Source: Rhizaria sp. SCN 62-66
Lineage: Eukaryota
NCBI GenBank assembly: GCA_001724265.1
Contig: MEDY01000128.1
Location: 48,860-68,859, forward strand
DNA length: 20,000 nucleotides
Direction: 5' to 3'
In this document: positions 12,725 through 20,000 of the stretch, in pieces
Position numbering within the stretch: position 1 is the stretch's first letter
How the letters are laid out: every line of letters starts with the position of its first letter
Made by a program: the position numbers and the translations under genes
The notes under the pieces: model-generated
What the model was told of the DNA's origin: nothing
What the model saw: only the letters and a program-made list of their open reading frames with translations
Database searches by the model: none

Positions 12725-15700
12725 AAGCGAGCGACGACAGTCTCGACGGTGCTGACGGCGAAGACAACGATAACGAAGACAAGACCAACACTGGTACCAA
12801 CGGCGTCGCAGTCGACGATGATGATGTCGATATCGACATCTCTTTGTCTGACACTGGCAACGCCAGCAAGGACAGTGTCGCCGTCGATAACAGCAAGGCA
12901 ACTGGCTTCGTTCTTCGTCTCGCTGGTGTCAGCGCTCATGACCAGAGTGTAAGTACTCCGAGCAGGAATCTAAGTACCCCCGGCTCTGCCGTGAGCGGCC
13001 GCAAACCCTCCAGGTGGGCTGCCAACGCGGCGGGACAAGGCGGCGTCCCACTGTTTATTCCGCGCATCAACAACGCCGCTCTGTCCAGCACTTTCACGAA
13101 CAACGACACTGACAACGACAACGATGACAACGGGGTTAGTGGCAGCACGAGCCTGAAGTCTGACGTTGTCGTTAACGCGAAGAAGGCTGACGATAAGAGT
13201 GCGGTTTACAGCGTGAAGTCTGGTAAGACTGCACTGACTGCTGATGCTGATGCGAAGGACGACGCTGTTGTCAGCGGTGACAACGATCTTGGCTACGGAG
13301 ACCCGACGCAGCAGTACAACAACAAGTACACCAACAAGTTTGCGAACATCAAGCTGCACAATAACACCAGCAGCAAGAATAGCACGATCGATAAACACGC
13401 CGACGCCGACGCCGCCGATGACGACGATGATGGCGCGAGCTCGAGCACGAGCGCGTCCTTCCACCTCCGCATCGCTGACGCTGACGACGACGACGATGAC
13501 GGCGACTACGACAACGACGGCGACGATGACGCCCGCGGTCACTTGCGCAGCGGCGGCGTGGCGCGGGTTGGCACGGGCAGGCGCAGAGTCACCAGCGCGT
13601 CGCGACTGCAACGGGCCCCCGTCACCACCACGGCGTCCGCCGCGACCGCAGCCGCAGCCAGTGCGAGTGCGCTGAACAGCAACGCCAGTAGCGTGGACTC
13701 CAGTGGCGCCAGTGCCCGCGTCGTCAACAGCGCCGGCTCTGCTTCGACGACGAGCTCTCGCGACGCCTCCGCCGACGGCGGTGTCAAGCAGAGCGGCCTG
13801 ACTGCGCGGCGGCAGAAGCCCGTGTTGTTCCGCATGGAGTCGCCACTGGCCTCGGCCGCGACGCTGCGCCGCGCGGACCTGGGGCTGCAGCAGGCGCTGG
13901 CCGAGTACAACACCGCCATCACGACCGGCGCTGCGGCGGGCGGGAAATCGGGCCATATCCCCGCCGCGCCTACCGCTGCTGTCGGCGCCGCCCAGCCCGA
14001 CCCTCAGACTCAGCCCGCGCTTGGTAGCGCCGCTGCCGCTAACGCCGCTACCGCTAACGCCGCCGCTGCCGTGAGCGCCTTCGGCAGCGTCGTCAGCGTG
14101 GGCGGCGCCGCCGTGGTGCTGGCGCGGCAGCCGTCTCGTCGCAGCGCGCTGCGCCGCATTGGCTCCAGCCGCGCCGCCACGGGGCCGGTCGTCGCGACTG
14201 CGGCCGATAGCACGGCTGCGACTCAAGCGTTGGCCGCTGCGGCCACCGCGACTGAGGCGCCCAGTAGGACTGAGCCAGCGGCTGCGGCTGCGGCCGCGGC
14301 TGAGGCGGCTCCTGTGGCTCCTGTGGCTGCGGCTGCAGGCATGCCTGGGCTCAAGCGGCAGCCGTCGTTGCGCTCGTCATTCAGTGCTAGTTTCTACAAC
14401 AATCATAACGGCAGTAGTGCACTGAGCAGTTTCAACGCAAACGGAAGCAGCTAGAGCAGCTTTAACACACATAACAACAGCAGCAACACTGCTAGCGATA
14501 CTACGGATTCTTCTGCTACTACGACGGACTCCGCCACTGCAGCCGATGTCGCTGCTGTTGACGATGCTGCTGCGGGTGCTACCCCCGCTGTCGCGCTTGA
14601 TAGCGCTGGCACTGAGTCGAACACTGAGACAAAGGATGCTGATACTGCTGCTGCGACCACAGCGGCTGCGGACGAGATCGAGACGGAGACGAAGACTGAT
14701 GCCCAGACCACTCCCGCGCCCGCGACGGTGACTGCCCCCACGCGCACTGTGCTCAACAGCGCGATCGGTGGCGACAGCAGTGACAGCGACAGCGAACCCA
14801 CCGGCGTCGACCTCAGCAGTCTCATGGCTGCTCGCAACACGGGAGAGAGGAGCGATGCTGAGGCCGGCAGCAGCGACAGCGTTGGCGCCACAGATAAACC
14901 CGAGCCGACGACTGTTGTCATTGACGAAATCAACGACTACAAGAACGCCAACAACGTTCCCACCGGCGACGACATGGACGTCGAGGACGACTACAGCGAG
15001 TTCGAAGAGGAGGCCCTCGAGGGTCCTACGCCGGCCATCACTCCCTCGGCCTCCAACGCCAGCGGTCACCCTCATGGTGCGGTGACACCGCGGAAGCAGC
15101 AGAAACACGCTGCGACGCCCACCGCCGCGCACGGCCGCGGGAGCAGCAGCGCGGCGCACCTCAGAGGCGGCGGCGGCAGCGACAAGTTGGGTGTGCCGCC
15201 GGCGCAGAGTCCTGCCCACGGGCACTCTGCCCAGCACTCTGCTCACGGTCAGTTGAGCCCTGGCAGAGCTGCTAGACGCCAACTTGTCTTTGCTGCGACA
15301 GCGACAGCATCACCGCCTCGAAGCAACACCAGTGACGACGTGAACGACAGTGCGAAGGATAGCAACGCCGTCGCTATGACCGGCTCAAGCACTGCATCTG
15401 CGGCTGCGAGTTTGACTGGGAAGGAGAGTGCCGTGCGCCGCAGCGTTGTCACGCCGCTGCAAGGCACGCGCACTGTCGTTGTCGACTCGATGTTTCCCCC
15501 GCTGGCGCAGTCGCAGTCGCTCTCACAGTCGTTTACGCAATCGCAGCTTTCGCAGTCTCAGTCGTCGATGTCGCAGTCCCAGTCCCAGCTGCAGTCTTTG
15601 TTACAACAACAGCAAGAACAGCAGCTGCTGCTGCTCCAGTCACAACTGTCGCCCGCCGTCACTAGTGCGACCAGCGATGTAACGACTGCCGCTGCTCCTG

Positions 15701-17316
15701 CTGCCGAAAGTGCTGTTAACACTGCTGTTGGTGTTGGGGCTGGAGCTGCAGCGGGCTTGAACACCAACGCTGCTGCCAGCGGCGCCGTTGTGGTTCCTCG
15801 CTTGCCTCTCTCGCCCATCAAGCTCCAGCAACAGCAACTGCAGCAACAGCTGTTACAGCCAGCGCAGTTGCCCCGCAACAGGCCACTTTCTTCACAGCCG
15901 CAGTTCCAGCAACAGCAGCCACAACATCAGACCCAGACCGGCTTCGTGGTGACTGCAAGCCCCAGCTCCCGCCCCCGCAACTCCCCCGCTCACGGCCACT
16001 TCCTCCCAGCCCACGGTCAGTCCCCCGCCCACGGTCAGTCCCCCGCCCACGGTCAGTCCCCCGCCCACGGTCACTTCGCTCGCGGCCTCAGCGCCGTCAG
16101 CAGCCCGAGCTTCGGACGCCAGCCGACTCTGCGCCACTCGGCCAGCCTGAGCAGCACCGGCGCGAGCGGCGGGGGCGTGCCGGTGACCGCGCACGAGGCC
16201 GCGCTGACCGCGCTACAGGCCTCGCTTAAGGCCGCGCTAGACCTGCTCGCCGTCGCCGAGGCCGAGGCTGAGGCTGAGGCCGAGGCCGAGGCTGAGCAGC
16301 AGGAGCAGCAGCCGGACCCGGATGGCTTGGACGCGAACGACAGCTTTGCCAACGACGCCAGCGCGAGCCACGACGGGGGCGACGTGTTTGACCTCCGCAC
16401 CCGCGACGTGGGCCTCACAGGTCGCCCTCTCAGCACCCGGCACAGCGGCGGGCCCGCGGTGCAGCGGTCCGCAAGCGTCTCCGGGCTGGGCAGCCCCTCG
16501 GACGGGCCGACCGCCCCCGCGCTCAGCGCGCGCGAGCGGCTCGCGGCCGTCACGTCGCTCTACCAGGACACGTTCGCGCTGGTCCAGCAAGCGGTCACGG
16601 TCGCGACGGACAAGACGGAGCGCATCATGGTGCTGACCGCGCGCGGCAGCGGCAGCGGCAGCGACAGCAGCCGTGGCAACGGCAAGCGGTTCACCTACTC
16701 GAGTACGAGCAACACGAGCGCGCGCATCACTGGTGGCTTTGATGGCACGACTGCAACCGGCGGTGGCGCCGCTGTCGGTGGTGTTGCACCTCGTCCTGTG
16801 ATTGTGAACGCGAGTCCTCGCATCAGTCCAACAGGCGGCTTACCTTCGTCAGCAGGAGACCCGCATTCTGGTGTTGAGGCGAGTCCCCGCGTGCAATATC
16901 AGGGGCTGAGCGAGATGTTACGCCGCAGCAACAGTGTCACAAATACCAACAACAGTAAGCTACACGAGCTGAACATCAGCGAGTCTGGTGATTTTGCTGT
17001 CAATAATCCTGATGCTGCACCGAATCACACCACTAGTGCACGCTATACCGCTTTTAACGCTGCCGGTAGCGGTGACTTTGCGGGCGAGTTCGGCGCGGTT
17101 TATACTGGCGATTCAGGTGCGCAGAATGTGGACATCGATCCGATGGACGCATTGACAAGCCGCATTGCAGACATGGTGGCGGCCAAGCTTCAAGCACGAC
17201 AACTAAATGGCAGCAATATTACTACTCCGCTGTCAAGCACCCGAAACAGCGCGGGGCCTAACAACAGTGCGTTGATTGGTCACTCGAATCAGACCCCAAA
17301 TCAAAATCAAGGTTAA
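8102..17316 (+). CDS. MAPKBP1: WDR62/MAPKBP1-like WD40 protein, exon 3 (9.2 kb; in-frame TAG at 14452-14454)
   Basis: Contains VAVGDTKGDVLV, AHEGAVTALSF, LLTASQDSLVHVID and ALDPSGSCLAAALSDGRVRLLD...VSALEFAPDCAALLAAGADGVVAQWALP (family: SGDRMG, AHDSEILCL, LASASRDRLIHVLD, DPSGIYIATSCSDK...[20 protein letters not shown]), plus PSRWA. The frame continues 91 sense codons past the TAG into ORF 14728..17316 and ends TAA where AT-rich DNA begins. Spliced CDS is 13,566 nt (~4,521 aa). Confidence 0.8.
10288..10353 (+). repeat. Coding trinucleotide repeat (ACN)22, poly-Thr
   Basis: Mostly ACG with ACT/ACA interruptions; lies between two WD40 motifs. Confidence 0.95.
11263..11313 (+). repeat. Coding (GAY)n poly-Asp tract
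   Basis: GAC/GAT run with a single GGC interruption. Confidence 0.9.
12694..12723 (+). repeat. Perfect (GCT)10 poly-Ala microsatellite
   Basis: Directly visible. Confidence 0.95.
15982..16077 (+). repeat. 18-bp coding minisatellite (PAHGQS)n
   Basis: CCCGCCCACGGTCAGTCC-type units x3 flanked by PAHGHF variants; degenerate copies also at ~15205-15260. Confidence 0.92.
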
Positions 17317-18525
17317 GTGGCTGTTTGCAAAGGGTGATTATGATGCGGTTTATTAACATTGATTAAATATAATCCTACGTCAGAGAAGGTCTACTTGTTA
17401 CGTTAGAAATTTGAATAGTGTTTTAGAATATTTACTCTGGGAGCATCTGTAATACATATGAGCTTACATGTTTTCCTTCGTGAAGATGACAGAGTGATGA
17501 GTGATGTCTAATGATGTGGATATTACTCAGTATCATCTTCATATAATTTTTATTTCATCGTGTCACACGATGATACAATTAGCTTACGATGATACATGTA
17601 GCTCAAATCAACGTTCATCGTGTCAAAGTAGGTTCAAAATAGCATCGATATTGCGACTGTCTGGGCTGTATAATTGCGAGCGAATGCGACTTTTCCCCGT
17701 CGCACTCACTCAGCTTGAATTAACGGTCCCAGGCAGGCAGGTGATGATGCAAAGCGCTCAATTGGTATCTTAATTAGGTGACATGATCGTCTACATTCAT
17801 TTCTGTCACCACGAACACTCTTTGCTGTGCTGGCGATCTACATTTGACAAGAGTGTTGAAACCGCACAAAACCCTAATTACATATTTGTAAAAAGCTATG
17901 GGCAACCAGTCAAACCCGTTAACATTCCATTAGGGGGCGTTATGTAGAAGGTCGGGGCGTTGTGTATAAAATACATAATTATACATAATTGATACAAGAT
18001 AATGGCCATCTACATGATGAAACAGCTATAAAATTGCAATTTTACGATTGAATCCGCTTGTTCATCTGCATACATGAAAACGGACATTTCCGTTATCGTG
18101 CGGTTGTCTTGTGGGGCCTTTTCCTGTTGCTGCCCGGTGTGTCATAATAATTTTCGATATCTTCACTATACATCATACTTAATCCATAAACACTATCACC
18201 ACACAAAATCGCCGTCGTGTTTGTGCGCAAATGGTTAGCAATCTCACATTGTAGTTGCGCACTCTTGACACCCCCGTCCCTTCTGTTGGGGTTCTCAAAA
18301 TATCACAAGTGACTGGTGGTGATGTCATTTCGGAAGCGTCATCGATGAGTGCATGTAGTGGACTATGGCAACGCTAGATTGACAAATGTGACGACTGACA
18401 TCGTAGACTTATTAGTTTCATACGTATTTATTCAACGTAATATCCCACAGCTGCGCTAATTCCTTCCTGCTTCCCTTCTAATTCTCAAGATTTCCAGAAG
18501 GTTCCTTGGCACCGCTCTTGCCACA

Positions 18526-18943
18526 ATGAACCCCTCAACGTCGCTCTCCGCTGAGCTGCAGTCGTCTGATAGCGAACGACTAGGCCTTGCCGCAGACATG
18601 CCCCGCGCATCTTCGCTTGCAAGTCCCAGCTGCTCCGCCGTCCCTCGCCCCCATTTTGGCTCGGTCGACGCCCTTCGCACCGACCGTGACCGTCGGGCGT
18701 CCGCTGTTGCCGTCGACGTCTCTCCGAGTCCTTATCTCCTCGCCTCTAAGCCCCTTCCTATAGCAGACCTCCTTGCCGCCTCGGAGGTCTTTCCCGCACT
18801 GGCTCGCATTGCTGCGGATGATGAGTTGTCGCCCGACGCTCATTCTATCGGCCAGGAAACCTATTCAGATTCGGACAGCTGGGCCTCCGCGACTGGTGGG
18901 GGGAGGGGCATTGCCGCGATACAGCAGCCTGCTAGCACGAGTC
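18526..18943 (+). CDS. Hypothetical coiled-coil protein, exon 1 (Ser/Ala-rich)
   Basis: gccacaATG start, GC rise relative to the spacer, ends at a phase-1 donor C|GTACGT. Confidence 0.7.
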
Positions 18944-19116
18944 GTACGTTATTGTTCGCATTTACATGTTGACTTGCGATGACCGAATCGTCAAATAAAT
19001 AATCAAAGTGACCTGCTATTTTATAACATTTTTTTCTTCAAAGTTACCGTTCTAACTTAGTACTTGTACCTCACCATGTTTGATCTCGCTTGATTTTCTC
19101 CTTCTCTCTTTCATAG
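18944..19116 (+). other. Spliceosomal intron (173 nt, phase 1)
   Basis: GTACGT donor, CTAAC at 19052-19056 and a strong pyrimidine tract TTTTCTCCTTCTCTCTTTCATAG; the phase matches the long downstream frame. Confidence 0.85.
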
Positions 19117-20000
19117 AAATCAACAGAGATCGCGCGTAGCATCAAGAACGTATTGCGACTATTCAGAAGAAAATAGCCAGGGCGAGGTTGCACGTCGCAC
19201 ATCATGAAAGGTAGCTCGAAGTGGCTGATTGCAATCTTCTCTCGACCATTACGACGCTAACACCCCTGGACACGGAAGTTGAACGCGGCCGCGTTGCTGC
19301 TAAGAAGGCGGATGCTGAGCGAGAACTGGCATCCGCTCAAGCTAAGCTTGACAAGGCTAGGGCTGCGTTGGCGAAGGACAGGGCTGATTTGGCAATGGAA
19401 GAAGCTGAACATAAGATGGATGTCGCTAAAGCTCGAGTTGAGGCAAGCAAAGCAAAGCTCGACAAGACATCTAAGTCTGACATTGCGTATGCCGCAGCCA
19501 AAGCCCGGCACAAGACTGACGAAGTCGAGCTCGAAGTGGCCGAGAAGAAGCACTCACTAGCGCAGGCCAAGCACAATGAGGCGGATGCCAGGCTCAAAGT
19601 GGCTGATGCTGAACTCGGCGTTTCTCAAGCTAAATTAACATCTTCGAGCACCCTTGACGGGTCAGCACAAAAAGTTATCGGCGCGGCCGAGAGCAAATTG
19701 TTGGGTGCCAATGAGATGCTTATGTTGGCTAGAAGCGAACAAGGAAAGGCGGCCGGAAATCTAAATGCGGCTGAGACAAAGCTGCATGATGCGAAGGTGC
19801 AACTGAAGAAAACTAATAATGACACATCGCAAACACTTCTGACTCAAGCTCAAGCTAACCTTGCGGCGTTTGTCAAGGGTCAACCACAGATGTCGTGGAA
19901 CCAAGATACGTCCAAAGACTTTATCATTCTGGAGGCACCCTCGATCTTAGACAGTGGTGGCCACGTGGCGCGCTTTCCGTTCAGTGGCAAAGGTCTTGAT
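19117..20000 (+). CDS. Hypothetical coiled-coil protein, exon 2 (3'-truncated; in-frame TAGs at 19137 and 19212); absent from the ORF track
   Basis: My translation: QINRDRA*HQERIATIQKKIARARLHVAHHER*LEVADCNLL...ERELASAQAKLDKARAALAKDRADLAMEEAEHKMDVAKARVEASKAKL...RFPFSGKGLD. Ala/Lys/Glu heptad pattern; no TAA/TGA in frame to the window end. Confidence 0.78.

Noticed and set aside
14384-14459. Micro-intron removing the TAG at 14452
   Set aside because: The nearby GT-AG pairs I checked (GT at 14414/14417/14429 with AG at 14454/14456/14459; GT at 14384/14390 with AG at 14454) give lengths not divisible by 3. There is no GTAC donor or pyrimidine tract.
15982-16077. CRISPR-like array
   Set aside because: Contiguous in-frame 18-bp coding repeats without unique spacers; no cas genes.
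946-16636. Numerous overlapping/antisense ORFs (e.g. 1592..2926 +, 6521..7750 -, 12970..14226 -)
   Set aside because: Shadow ORFs expected from high GC and codon periodicity; Arg/Gly-rich translations with no recognisable motifs.
17869-17877. Telo-box AAACCCTAA in the spacer
   Set aside because: Single copy in AT-rich DNA; compatible with chance.
17494-18020. RTGATGA C-box-like motifs suggesting C/D snoRNAs
   Set aside because: No CTGA D box at a suitable distance downstream.
2630-19214. Pseudogenisation, sequencing error or pyrrolysine as the cause of the in-frame TAGs
   Set aside because: No frameshifts or in-frame TAA/TGA accompany them over ~5,600 codons, and pyrrolysine is known from archaea and bacteria, whereas this DNA is eukaryotic.

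Overview
Eukaryotic (protist-like) nuclear DNA with GC-rich exons, AT-rich spliceosomal introns of 150-173 nt and AT-rich intergenic spacers. There are four genes: (1) the 3' end of eIF3d (+, 1-453); (2) a minus-strand protein with a telobox-like Myb domain and a C-terminal Cys/His cluster (905-~2842); (3) a three-exon, ~4,520-aa WDR62/MAPKBP1-like WD40 protein inflated by low-complexity inserts (+, 3449-17316); (4) a two-exon coiled-coil protein running off the window (+, 18526->20000). Key observation: three of the four genes contain in-frame TAG codons (2632-2630, 14452-14454, 19137-19139, 19212-19214) with coding sequence continuing in frame, while the visible gene ends use TAA or TGA. This points to a non-standard nuclear genetic code in which UAG alone is a sense codon (Leu or Gln; an internal repeat hints at Leu). 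A second signal is a frame- and strand-independent DNA motif (ACYGTGAGC, at least 18 copies). Homology calls are from recalled family motifs, not database searches.
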